This document shows, one piece after another, positions 41,753 through 53,830 of a DNA stretch of 64,000 nucleotides (position 1 is the stretch's first letter; every line of letters starts with the position of its first letter). A program made the translations under genes and the position numbers. This DNA is from Octopus vulgaris (lineage: Eukaryota). The stretch covers positions 18,786,001 to 18,850,000 of the forward strand of contig OX597833.1 in the NCBI GenBank assembly GCA_951406725.2. Direction: 5' to 3'. The notes under the pieces were generated by a model, which made no database searches, was not told the origin of the DNA, and was given only the letters and a program-made list of their open reading frames with translations.

Positions 41753-41969
41753 CTGTCTGCCCCCCCCACCGTCGCTTAACAACCGATGTTGGTGTGTTTA
41801 CGTCCCCGTAACTCGGAGGTTCGGTGACAGAGACTGATAGAATAAGTATCAGGTTTACAAAGAATAAGTCCCGGGGTCGATTTCTTCGACTAAAAGGTAC
41901 TCCAGCATGGCCGCAGTGAAACGACTGAAGCAATTCAGAGAACACACACACTCACACACACACACACAC

Positions 41970-42030
<61 letters not shown>

Positions 42031-42169
42031 GATATAAAGCATTCCAACTATGGCTCTGTCATCTTTGTTTCAGGCATAGTTTATCTAAGAGTACATTCTC
42101 TGAAGTATCCATTCTTTAAAAAGAAGGTAGCATGTAATTTAAGGGAAATTTGGCTACTGCATCTAACAG

Positions 42170-42520
42170 TGCGAGCGACCGCTTCTAAATATGACTATTT
42201 CTCTCTTTCTATCTTCCCGCGTGTTGTAAGTGGGCGAAAAAAAAAATATGTAACTTCCGATTTGCCTGGAAAACATTTTTAAAGTCTCGCGCACACATAG
42301 ATACACTTTAATTGGTACATCAACTCCTCATTCACTTCAGTTCTGCAGTCGGGATGGACAGCAGTAGTCACATCAATGCCAAGTGTTTTATAAATTACTG
42401 AATGAGATTGTATCGATGTCTTGAATCGGAAGTTATAGCGAAGCAGCAAAAGACTAAAGAACCGGTGGAAAAATAATAGAAGCAGCTAATTTAAAATAAA
42501 TAAGAGAGCAATCTAAGAAG
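42170..42520 (+). promoter_or_regulatory. CpG-rich promoter/5' UTR region upstream of the FAM210A ATG
   Basis: CpG-rich unique sequence with ETS-like ACTTCCG (about 42253) and CGGAAGT (about 42427) and TCTCGCG. There is also a possible acceptor ttctgcag| at 42348. Confidence 0.45.
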
Positions 42521-42521
42521 C

Positions 42522-42699
42522 ATGATTTACCCTAGGTTAGCACTTGGCTTGAATTTCGTTCATCGAATGAACCAGACATGCGTTAATAAGAATGTTGTTC
42601 AGTTGTGTGCACGCTGTAATTTCTTAAGTAATCATCATCATAAAGAGGAAAGGCATTTTATTTCATCATGGTCCAGACTAAAGGTCAATGCTACTGAAG
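42522..42699 (+). CDS. FAM210A: Probable FAM210A coding exon 1 (mitochondrial presequence-like N-terminus)
   Basis: MIYPRLALGLNFVHRMNQ...SRLKVNATE followed by G|GTAAGC. Phase 1 joins the 55915 exon in frame (G+CC = Ala). The resulting 279-aa total is close to vertebrate FAM210A length. Confidence 0.7.
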
Positions 42700-42774
42700 G
42701 TAAGCATATTTGTTGGTTGTTATACGACCAGTAAAACTGGTTGCCCCTCATGCACTTTTGAAGGTATGCCATAC

Positions 42775-42859
42775 ACATACATACATACATATACATACAT
42801 ACATGGTATACCTACACAATTATAGGTGTAGACTTGTGTACGTAATCATATATATATCC

Positions 42860-42894
<35 letters not shown>

Positions 42895-43201
42895 GTGTAT
42901 GTATGTATGTATGTATGTATGTATGTATATATATGTATGTGTATGTATGTATATATATGTATGTGTATGTATGTATATATATATATGTATGTGTATGTAT
43001 GTATATATATATGTATGTATATATGTATGTATATATATATGTATGTATATATGTATGTATGTATATATGTATGTATGTATATATGTATGTATGTATATAT
43101 GTATGTATGTATATATGTATGTATGTATATATATGTATGTATGTATATATATATGTATGTATATATATATATATGTATGTATATATGTATGTATGTATAT
43201 G

Positions 43202-43233
<32 letters not shown>

Positions 43234-43355
43234 TGTATGTATATGTATGTATGTATATATATATGTATGTATGTATATATATGTATGTATGTATATATAT
43301 GTATGTATGTATATATATGTATGTATGTATATATATGTATGTATGTATATGTATG

Positions 43356-43398
<43 letters not shown>

Positions 43399-43401
43399 AT
43401 G

Positions 43402-43434
<33 letters not shown>

Positions 43435-43441
43435 ATATATT
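42775..43441. repeat. Long compound (TA)n/(TATG)n microsatellite
   Basis: About 650 bp composed almost only of TA and TG dinucleotides. It explains the MYVC/YIHT ORFs. Confidence 0.98.
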
Positions 43442-44154
43442 ATACATTTGAAAGAATCGGGGTGATAGTGACTTCGAAGTCTCGGCCTGCTAGCCTCCCA
43501 CAACAGTCCGGGTGGAAGAATTGCCGCAGGCCGAAACTTCGAAGTCACTGTTACCATTATTCTTGGAAATATATTCATACATAAATATGTAATCTGCAAC
43601 AACAACAACAACAACAGTAAAAAAGTATTGAATCATCCTTCAGTTTAATTATTAATGTATAAAGCTGAGTCGAAGTGAAGGTGAACCCAATTACTATAAT
43701 TTTTTAGTCCAATTTCGGGGTAGTTTAAAGATACAAGTACCAGCAGCCAAGTCACTCAGATCGATTTAATTGAATGTTATCCTCATGTGTTAAACCATTA
43801 TATAACTAATATTTATCCACCCCCAGCAAGAATTATCATTTTAGCCAGAATCGTCATAGTAATAAGATAAATAAATATAAGAACGAACTCGTCTATATTT
43901 GTGTCTGTTACCATTTAGATATTTATAGTAAGAAAAACCTGAAGTTGCAAGTAATTTCGTTGATGAGTATTACCTCTATCAGCACTGTCTTCGCAGACTT
44001 ATGATCAATCAAAGGCGTTTTAACCGTGACCATCACGCCTTGAATGTGTGTTTATATATATGACACTATTGCCAAATGTATCCTCTTTTTAAAACAATTA
44101 TGTAATATGAGATTTAGCTGGCCAAAAGTGTTCTACCCGTGCCCATCACGCCTA

Positions 44155-44194
<40 letters not shown>

Positions 44195-45060
44195 TGACAG
44201 TGTTTTATATATATATATATATATAAAGTGTTCTACCCGTGCCCATCACGCCTATATATATATATATATATATATACATATATGACAGTGTTTTATATAT
44301 AGATATATATATGTTAGTTAATTTATATATATATATATACAGTGTTATATATATATATATATATACAGTATATATATACACATATGACAGTGTTGTAAAA
44401 TGTGTCCTCCTTTTTTTATTACGATGAGTTGTATGGAATTTGAGGTTTGGTTGTTATTTCTAGTAAATCGGGTCCAGTGCCTATGTATAATCAACAGAGC
44501 AGTTCCCAAGCCCACACGGGTCGCGAGCTTAAAATAGTTTACTTTCTAAATATGTCACATTTTTATCGATTTGTTATACAATTTACCCCCAACATTTACT
44601 ACAAACAATAAATGTTTGTTTTACAAAAAAGTCATGAAGTTGTGGAATACATAAAACGCGATGAACCACATGGAAACGACCATGCTGGATTCCCCGAATA
44701 TCTACAAAAATTGCTGAGCTATGGTATTTCATTGTTTATAAAATGTACCAAAATATAAACGGCAATTATGTTAGTTTAATTAGGCTTAGCTATCACAGAT
44801 ATGAACCCACATTGGCACAAAGTATTATTTATACTTAACTCTGTACCTGTGTGGAATCTTCGAATGTCGACATAAAGGTGTGCTGTTTATATCTATGTTC
44901 TATGATATAAATATATAATTACCTTCGCCCATATAATACAATAAATGAATTAATTGCATCGCAATTCTTAACATTTATGTATTAACTTTGTTGGGTGCTT
45001 TACTGGCAGTATATTGGATGGTGGGTTGCACTCACAACCCCTATCTCAATTTGTGATATG

Positions 45061-45092
<32 letters not shown>

Positions 45093-46059
45093 ATAATAAT
45101 AATAATAAAACCGTTATTAACTCTGATTAGTTTAATTAATCTTGGTAATCACTTAAGTTCTGTTTTCTCTACCTGAAGTTGTTTATGTACATATTTAAGA
45201 GCAGTTACCCCAAAACTGAGGATTATTTCGCCAAAAAAACGTATGAAATATTGCAATTATTAAATTAAAAAAAAGTTATTCTTTTATTTAAATATTAGAA
45301 AAAAGTGTCACGAAGAATTATTGATTTGAAGCAATAGATCGTGATAAAAGTTTGGGAACCTTTGACGGGGAACCTTTAACGAACTGGCTCGCTCTCTCTC
45401 TTGGGCTCGTTGCAGTAACCTATATTCTTACTGTTACCACATATTATTTTGCTTCATATTGTACATTTGGTAAGTTTCATTCAGGTGTACAGTTATATTC
45501 GGTCGGCAGAACTATGTGCAGACAGATTTGTGAAATTAATGTCGTGTCGAGTTTATTAATCAATACCCGCCCCGTTCGAGTGTCTGCTAAGCAGCAAGGC
45601 AAGAGATTCAATATTAAGGAAAATCGGCTAATTAATATTATTGTTTATAAATCGATAGTGTGTTAATCGATTTATGGTTTAAATTATGCCTTTGAATTAG
45701 TAAGTCAAAGCAAGTGAAGCAGAATGTACACTGCCTTTTATAAACCATTGAAGACTGTTGAATTTGCTCATGAGTCCACGCTGGTGTGTATAGCCATGTC
45801 ACACCCGCTGTAGGATAAAATATTCCAGGGTCTCACTAAACTCCTTGAACGTGGAAGGTTGTTTTTATTAGTATGCATATTAGACATATCCCTATTATAC
45901 ATAACTATATCTACCATTTATATTATAAAAACTGTGTTTTTTTGTTATTTTTGGTGTTTTTTTTAACAGTGACGTGCCCCCTTTGTATATCTCAATGGCT
46001 GACATCTCTAATCGACGCTATGTGAAGGTCGATGACTGCCTAACATATCTGACTGGGTT

Positions 46060-46393
46060 TATTGTGAATTCCAGTGGATGATAGCTCTGTGAAAGGATTA
46101 TGGGAGATTTTGGGGTAACATCTGTGCGATGTGACATAGTAAGAATGACAAAAAGAGACACAGGTAGATGCATTAGTTAGTTGAGAGGCGCAGGGATGGG
46201 AGCTTTATTATGACAATAAAAAGGTATATTGTGAATTCCAGTGGATGGTAGCTTTGTGAAAGGATTATGGGAGATTTTGGGGTAACATCTGTGCGATGAG
46301 ACATAGTAAGGATGACAAAAAGCGACACAGGTAGATGCATTAATTAGTTCAGAGGCGCAGAGACGGGAGCTTTATTATGACAATAAAAAGGTA
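46060..46393. repeat. Tandem duplication, 2 x 167 bp
   Basis: attgtgaattccagtggatg...tgacaataaaaaggta starts at 46061 and again at 46228 with few substitutions. Confidence 0.9.
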
Positions 46394-48112
46394 AGGGTAG
46401 ATCTGTGGTGGTGATGGTTGAAGCATATTAACAGGGTCTTTCTCACAAATGAGCTTCCAAATGCTATCTACAGTGTTTTGTGTGTAACACTGGTCCATTT
46501 GTGATTAGTACTTCAGTATAGGTCTTATTTGATCTGAGCTGAAATATTATTTCTGGTCTTGCAAAGAAATCATCATCATCTTCACTTAACGACTATGTTC
46601 CATGCTGGCATGGGTTGACCTGGTTTGACAGGAACCGACAACCTACAGGACTGCATCAAACTCCAGTATCTGCTTTGACATGATTTCTAGGACTAGATGC
46701 TCTTCCTAATGCCAATCACTTTTATGTGGAACCAGCACTATTAGTGAGACAAGACTCACTCAGCTGAGTGAGGAACAGTACAAAAGGAGGTGAATTTATG
46801 TTAGGCCAAAGTATGATAGAAGGACTGGACAAGGTGTCTTGCTGTAGGGAATGTGGTTACTCTAATCAGATAAGGAACAGGGTAGTGAAGATGTGTCAAG
46901 ACAGGAAGGTGAGTATAAGAGAAGATACCTGGGGGGTTAATCTAAGTTTTTGTATTGCAATTTTACTCTCTTTTACTTGTTTCAGTCATTTGACTGTGGC
47001 CATGCTGGAGTACTGCCTTTAGTCGAGCATATCGACCCCAGGACTTATTCTATCAGTCTCTTTTGCCGAACCACTAAGTTACAGGGACGTAAACACACCA
47101 GCATCGGTTGTCAAGCAATGTTGGGGGGACAAACACAGACACAGAAACATACACATACACACGATGGGCTTCTTTCAGTTTCCGTCTACCAAATCCACTC
47201 ACAAGGCTTTGGTCAGCCTGAGACTATAGTAGAAGACACTTGCCTAAGGTGCCACGCAGTGGAACTGAACCCAGAACCATGTGGTTGGTAAGCAAGCTAC
47301 TTACCACACAGCCACTCCTACGCCAATGTTTTATAATGTTGGTGTAAGAGACTTTGAGTATTTTAGTAGCGTGTGTTAGTCATGAGTCAGGAGATGAGAG
47401 ACAAATCTATATCCATGGTAGGTGTTGTGAGTTTATCTTTGTGCCATTGATAATGGATCCTCCATTGGTTTTAATGATGTGTATTCAGTCGTTTTAATCC
47501 AGGGAACTACCTTCTCATTAAATTAACAAGTGAGTGACTGAGTATTCCACAGATATGTGTATCCTTAATGTATTTCTCAGGCCAAACCAACAAGACACAA
47601 TATGCACTCAATCCATTTAATGAGCTTCCACACAGTTTCCATCTATCCAATTTCCCTTACAAGGTTTGGGTCAGCTCAGGGTCTGTCAAGAAACTATGTA
47701 GCAGGAATGAACCCCCAAGACATCATAGCTGTGAAATGAATTCCTTTACCACCCAATCATGCAGTCAATGAAGAATGGATCAGGTTGTCTCTGAGTGGTT
47801 GTCCATTGCATGGTTGAAGGAGGCTGAGGTGTGATGGTTGCAGGTGCTAAATCTGGCGAATAGGGCAGGTGCAGAAGTGATACCTTGTTGCTTTTAGTGA
47901 GAAACTTATAAGTGACAGGGTGCATTGTCATCATGTAGAATCCAATTCTTCGTACTCCACAGATCTGGTCGCTTTCACCAAATGTCCTCCCTCAAACACT
48001 TCAAACATCATTGATTGTCCTCCAATGATCCTCACGCATAAGCTGATGAGGTTTCCAGGGTTCCTTCATAGAAGTAGTGCAGTTTTAGTAGGAGTGGCTT
48101 AGTTTACTTGTA

Positions 48113-48670
48113 TTGGGTTGTCCGGAAAGTTCGTGCTGATTTTTAAAGGAAAGAAAAAGGTCAATTGCTATAATATTTTTAATCAACCAAATATGAACCA
48201 TTGTTGCACAACGCATCTCCATCTTTCCTTTAACTTGAAAATACCCTCTTCCCAGAATTCAGGTGGTTTCATAGCAAAGAATTCATCAAGGTAGCTTTTT
48301 AAGTTATCCAAGGAATTGAAATTTTTACCATTAAGACTATTCTGCAGAAACCTGAATAAGTGGAAATCCGAAGGAGCAATATCTGGGGAATAGGGAGGGT
48401 GGGGGTAACACATCCCAGCCGAGCTGCAGCAATTTTTGTCTGGTTCCGAAAGCATCAAGTGCCGAAAATGAACTTTCTTATCTTCCATTTTAAAGGGTTA
48501 CAGAATTAACACAGGTTATAGGAACATGAACCTTCTTCCACGAAAAGATAGTTTAAACTGTGCTCTAAATGGAGGTGTAGTCAAATACTATTTTACGGAC
48601 TCAACCATGTTCTAAAATAAGTTGAAAGGTAAGCTGCTATAAATCGGCATGAACTTTCCGGACAACCCAA
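48113..48670 (-). mobile_element. Internally deleted mariner element
   Basis: TA-flanked TIRs TTGGGTTGTCCGGAAAGTTC. Residual ORF MEDKKVHFRHLML fused to HPPYSPDIAPSDFHLF...LKERW. Confidence 0.92.
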
Positions 48671-49641
48671 TAGATTACACATATCTACAGATTAGTGAAA
48701 TGGGACACTATCACAATATTTTAGCCGTCTTTTATTTTGGACCATACCTGAAATGAGCAGATTCCCAATACCATCCAGCATCTCATTGGACCCATGAAGC
48801 CCTTCTTACTATGGTGAATAAAATAAACAGCTGAGATGATATTGCCCTGTAACAAGGTCCAGTGGTCTTGCAAAGATAGTTCTTCAAGGAATTATGGAAC
48901 AGGGAAGAGAGAAAAAAGGGACAGGCAACATCAAGTTATGACCAAGCTATTCATTAGAGGAGACCTGAATACTAACACTGCTTGACCTTGCATTGAATAT
49001 TGCTGACATCTTTGGACAAGCACCTCCTCTGCGTGGCATCTTGGGCAAGTGTCTTCTACTATAGCCTCGGGCCAATCAAAGCCTTGTGAGTGGATTTGGT
49101 AGACGGAAACTGAAAGAAGCCCGTTGTATATATGTATGTGTGTGTATACATTTGTATGTCCGTGTTTGTCCCTCCAACATCATTTGACAACCGATGCTGG
49201 TGTGTTTACGTCCCCGTAACTTAGCGGTTTGGCATAAGTACTAGGCTTACAAAGAATATGTCCTGGGGTTGATTTGCTTGACTAAAGGCGGTGTTCTAGC
49301 ATGGCCGCAGTCAAATGACTGAAACAAGTAAAAGAGTAAAAAGATTATGGCCATTGTTTCAATGAACTTTCAGGCTTTGTACTCTCCATCAAGACCTTTA
49401 GATATGTCACCCACTTCCCAGGCGCATCTTCCCAGAGCTTCCTATCAGTTGTAAGTCTCTTTAGTCTAATAGATTCTTTCCTCAACCTGCTGTTCTTTGG
49501 AACTCACCTCCATTGTTTTGCTATCCTCTACTTTGTGATATTCAGTCCTTTAAGCTTTCTGTCAATCGATACCTTTTGAATTTGCCCCGGGGTTTGTTTG
49601 GGGTGTCCATGAGTGACCTTCTTCCAGAGTCAATTCTGTGA

Positions 49642-50530
49642 TATGAGGTGGTATCAAAAAATTCCCGGAATAGTTTTGTAGCGCACCAACAGATGGCAGC
49701 ACACGATTATGTTTGCAGTGAGAGCTAGCAGTGACCTTCAAGGGACAGTGTCCCAAGTGACATCGCTGTGTTTACTTCGCAAGTTGTGAAATTTGTGTTT
49801 TTGTGATCACATGTATGCTGCAGTCTGTGATTTTTGTCATGGACAAAAAGTTGGAACAAAGAGCCAACATGAAATTTTGCGTTAAACTTAGGAAGTCTGT
49901 TATAGAGACATTGAGTGTGCTTCAACAAGCTTATCATGATTTGGCAATGGGTCATATGCATTGTTTTGAATGGCATGGACACTTCAAATGCAGAAGAATA
50001 TCCCTAGAAGACATGCCCTGAGCATCACCCCTGGAAATGTGAAAACATCATCAGCTTGTGCATGAAGATTATAGGAGGACAATCAATGATGTTTTGAAGC
50101 GCTTGAGGGAGGATTTTTGGTGAAAGCGACCAGATCTGTGGAGCACAAAGAATTGGATTTTATACGACGACAATGCACCCTGTCACTGAGCTCTCCTCAC
50201 TCGTGAGTTTCTCACTAAAAACATGGCATCACTTCTGCACCTGCCCTATTCACTAGATTTAGCACCTGCAATCTTCCATCTCTTCCCCAACATGAAAATG
50301 CCGCTTAAAGATCACCATTTTAACACTGCTGTCAAGATCAAAAGCAAATTGCAGAAGGTCCTCGACTCACTTACGGAAAACAACTTCCAGGTTGGATTCC
50401 AAAAGTGGCAGGAATTCTGGGACTGATGTATTGCTGTGCAAGGTGACTATTTCGAAGGAGATGAAATTAAAAGTTAGGTAAATAAGTTATTTTTTTATTA
50501 AACATAACTAGCCTGAGAACTTTTTGATAT
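49642..50530 (+). mobile_element. Decayed mariner element
   Basis: LEQRANMKFCVKLRKS...LQQAY N-terminus, DDNAPCH and HLPYSLDLAP motifs, and partial TIRs TATCAAAAAATTCCCGG / GAGAACTTTTTGATA. Related fragments at about 47820-48040(-) and 61920-62300(-). Confidence 0.85.
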
Positions 50531-50752
50531 GCTGGTTACCCCATAGCTGGGATCCTGGCCGAGTAGACCTGGGGAAAATAGTGCCTAAAATGCAGTTCCA
50601 CATTCTTCAAAGCCCTGAGACTCCTAATCCAAGTCCCTACTATAAAATACAGTTTACAACTATATTCAGAACACAGATCTATATTTAAGAGATGAGGAAT
50701 TATGTACATTATTTACATTCGACGGATGTTTGTTCTCATCTTGTTTGTTGTT

Positions 50753-50798
50753 AACACAACGTTTCGGCTGATATACCCTCCAGCCTTCTTCAGGTGTC
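50753..50798 (-). ncRNA. Penelope-type minimal hammerhead motif
   Basis: Minus strand GACAC-CTGAAGA-A-GGCTG(GAGGGTATAT)CAGCC-GAAACGTT-GTGTT, with a palindromic loopless stem III (AACGTT). Confidence 0.75.
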
Positions 50799-51834
50799 TT
50801 GAGGAAATTTCGAACCTGTGTTCTCATTCTTAAGGTATTTTTCAATGTTATTATTATTATTATTGTTCAGATCACTGCTTGGAATCGAACTCGGAATCTT
50901 GGGGTTAGTAGCCCATGCTCTTAACCACTACGCCATAACAACAAAGATGAGGACAAATATCCGTCGAATGTAAATAATGTATATATTCAGGACAGTATAG
51001 TTCGAAGGCAAATAACTCTGGTCAGCTACTTTAGTGAATAGGTACTGTTGTGAATGTTGAATGGGTTGGCATGCTATTAAGGGGGAGAATTACCCACCAT
51101 CCAATTAACATGAGGTGGCCAAGTGGTTAGGGTATTCAACTCAGTCATAAGGTTATGAGTTCAATACCTGGCAGCATGTTGTGTCCTTGAGCAAGACACT
51201 TTATTTTACTTTGTTCCAGTCAGTTTAGCTAGTAAAAGAGAGTTGTACGTGTATTTCAAAGGGCCAGCCATGCCACATTCTGTGTCATGCTGAATCTCTC
51301 TGAGAACTAAGTCAATTTCTTTATTAACCATGAAGTTGAGAAAAAGTGGGGACGATACAGGGATAGACAAAACAAACATTGGGGTCAGGGGATCGAATGA
51401 CACGAAATATATGAATAAACAAACAATTAAAACATATACAATTAGGCGCAGGAGTGGCTGTGTGGTAAGTAGCTTGCTAACCAACCACATTGTTCCAGGT
51501 TCAGTCCCACTGCGTGGCATCTTGGGCAAGTGTCTTCTGCCATAGTCCTGGGCTGACCAAAGCCTTGTGAGTGGATTTGGTAGACGGAAACTGAAAGAAG
51601 CCTGTCGTATGTATGTGTATATATATATACATATGTATATGTATGTGTGTGTTTGTGTGTCTGTGTTTGTCCCCCTAGCATTGCTTGACAACCGATGCTG
51701 GTGTGTTTACGTCCCCGTCACTTAGCGGTTCGGCAAAAGAGACCGATAGAATAAGTCCGGGGGTCGATTTGCTCGACTAAAGGCGGTGCTCCAGCATGGC
51801 TGCAGTCAAATGACAAACAAGTAAAAGAGTAATT

Positions 51835-52365
51835 AAATGAGAATGAGTGGTTTACAAAAAATGAAGTGGATGACGCAGTCGACCCCCACATACAACATAC
51901 TCACACCGAAACCTTTGCTTTGTCCTTTCTTTGTTCTTGCTTAGACAGATTCTTTCACTTGCAACATACTTGCTACACACTTCCATCTTTTACGAAACAG
52001 ATTTTGCGACTGGCATTTCTTCTCCAGCCTTATTTTCCGTTTCATGTGGAAAACGAAAAAGTCAATTGGCTCGAGACTGGAGATGAACATGCCTGTTGCA
52101 ATTCCTTTCACTCTCGTCTTCCATACTACCCCTTTCGCAACAGTAACCACTAAGAGAAAATGGTCTCGCTCCTCCCTATTCAGGGAGTGAGGCAAAACGA
52201 TCTTAATTACAGATTCACTCAACAGTTGTACTCTTCTCAAATGCGACAGCAGGTGTTCGACATAAGCCCAGAGTTCAGTCACCTTGGGGCATTGCACAAT
52301 CATGTGCAGGACTGTTTCACTGTCCTGCTTGCATCTTGCACAAACCGGCGAAGGCACACACCCAT
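51835..52365 (-). mobile_element. L1/Tx1-like LINE 3' fragment
   Basis: CARCKQDSETVLHMIVQC is a CCHC zinc knuckle, followed by AKGVVWKTR, typical of the L1/Tx1 ORF2 C-terminus. Confidence 0.7.
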
Positions 52366-53009
52366 GTCTAAAGAGCTTATCTTGAACTCTCTGAGAACTA
52401 AGTCAAAGGTACATGTTTGTGACTTGCTCAGCGACTTGCGCGCTAATCTCCTCAGTAGACTTTTCCTTTGATCAGATCAACTAGAACCCTTGTTGTAACC
52501 AATGAAGAGCCAGTTTTTTTTTAAAATTTTTTTTTTTAACAAAATCTAATTAATGGGACCTTAACCCTTTTGTTACCAACCCAGCTGAAACTAGCTCTGG
52601 CTCTGAGTAGAAATGTCTTGTTTTCATGAATTTTGAATTAAAATCTTCCACCAAACCTTAGTCACAATTTATATTCCTAACACTAGCTTAATGATAACTA
52701 AGTTATTTTAGTAAATTGTTTGTTATATTTAAAGTAATTGGAAGAAACACAGAGCATCTCAAAATAAATACATTAACGAAAGGATTAATAGCCACTTGAT
52801 GATTTGGAGACATTTAACTTTCTTCTTCACTTTCTCCTTATGAATGACAAATGTCTTCTCCTACCCTAATCATGTCTCCACTTCATTACCAAATAGATCT
52901 GGAGACTGTTCTTCATCTGAAGTACATAGAATTAAGTTTTGTATTCAAAGACACAGTGAGACATACTGCAGATATGATTCTGTGATAATTCAGAAGTTGA
53001 TTCTTACAA

Positions 53010-53470
53010 AGACATACAGCATCTCGAAAGAGTCCAGAAGCTGGCTACCCGCATGGTTCATGGTCTCAAAAATTTGTCTTATGAAGAAAGGCTGAGGACG
53101 CTCGACCTTTATTCTCTAGAAAAACGCCACCACCGTGGTGATCTCATTCTCACTCACAACATCATAAGCGGAAAGTGTAACCTCTCGAAAGAGCTGTTCT
53201 TCACTCCTGCTCCAGAGCGTCGGCTGCGGGGTCATTCCGAAAAGCTCTATCTGCGACGATTTCATCTCAATCGAAGGAGAGGAGCTTTCTCCTGTCCGGG
53301 TTGCGGATCCGTGGAACAAGCTGCCGGACGAGATGGTGAAGATGCCGACGACCGCTTTGTTCAAAGTCTCCCTTGACCTCAAGTGGCCTGAACTCTTTAC
53401 ATGAACACCACCCTGTACTTAACTCCATGTCCTTGCTATTTGCTTTTGAGCCAAAAATTAACTAACTAAC
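53010..53470 (+). mobile_element. CR1-like LINE 3' end
   Basis: HLERVQKLATRMVHGLKNLSYEERLRTLDLYSLEKR..RGDLI...RGHSEKL...WNKLP with a (CTAA)n tail. A shorter copy is at 30638-30830. Confidence 0.9.
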
Positions 53471-53795
53471 ATATGCTGCATTTTCTGGCTTACAAATTGA
53501 TGTAGAATATAGTGTAAAAATTCACATCATTGCTATCTTTCCAAATCCTGTTGCATTTTGCATGGAATTTTTGGCCCCCTAAAGTTGTTTTGATATATAA
53601 GTTTTAGTATATATTGTCCAACCCATGCCAGCATGGAAAGCAGACATTAAATGATGATGATGATGAAGTTGACCTGTCTTTTTCAGCTGTAAATTTTGTT
53701 CTGAAAAATATGATTTGTATGCCAGAAAATAAAATATTCACTATCTTATCATTTAACTTCATTCTTGATCACTTTCTCGTATGCATGCGCGCACG

Positions 53796-53830
<35 letters not shown>

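Noticed and set aside
42710-43614. Five long ORFs (188-251 aa) of MYVC/YIHT repeats
   Set aside because: They are stop-free translations of a TA/TG microsatellite, not genes.
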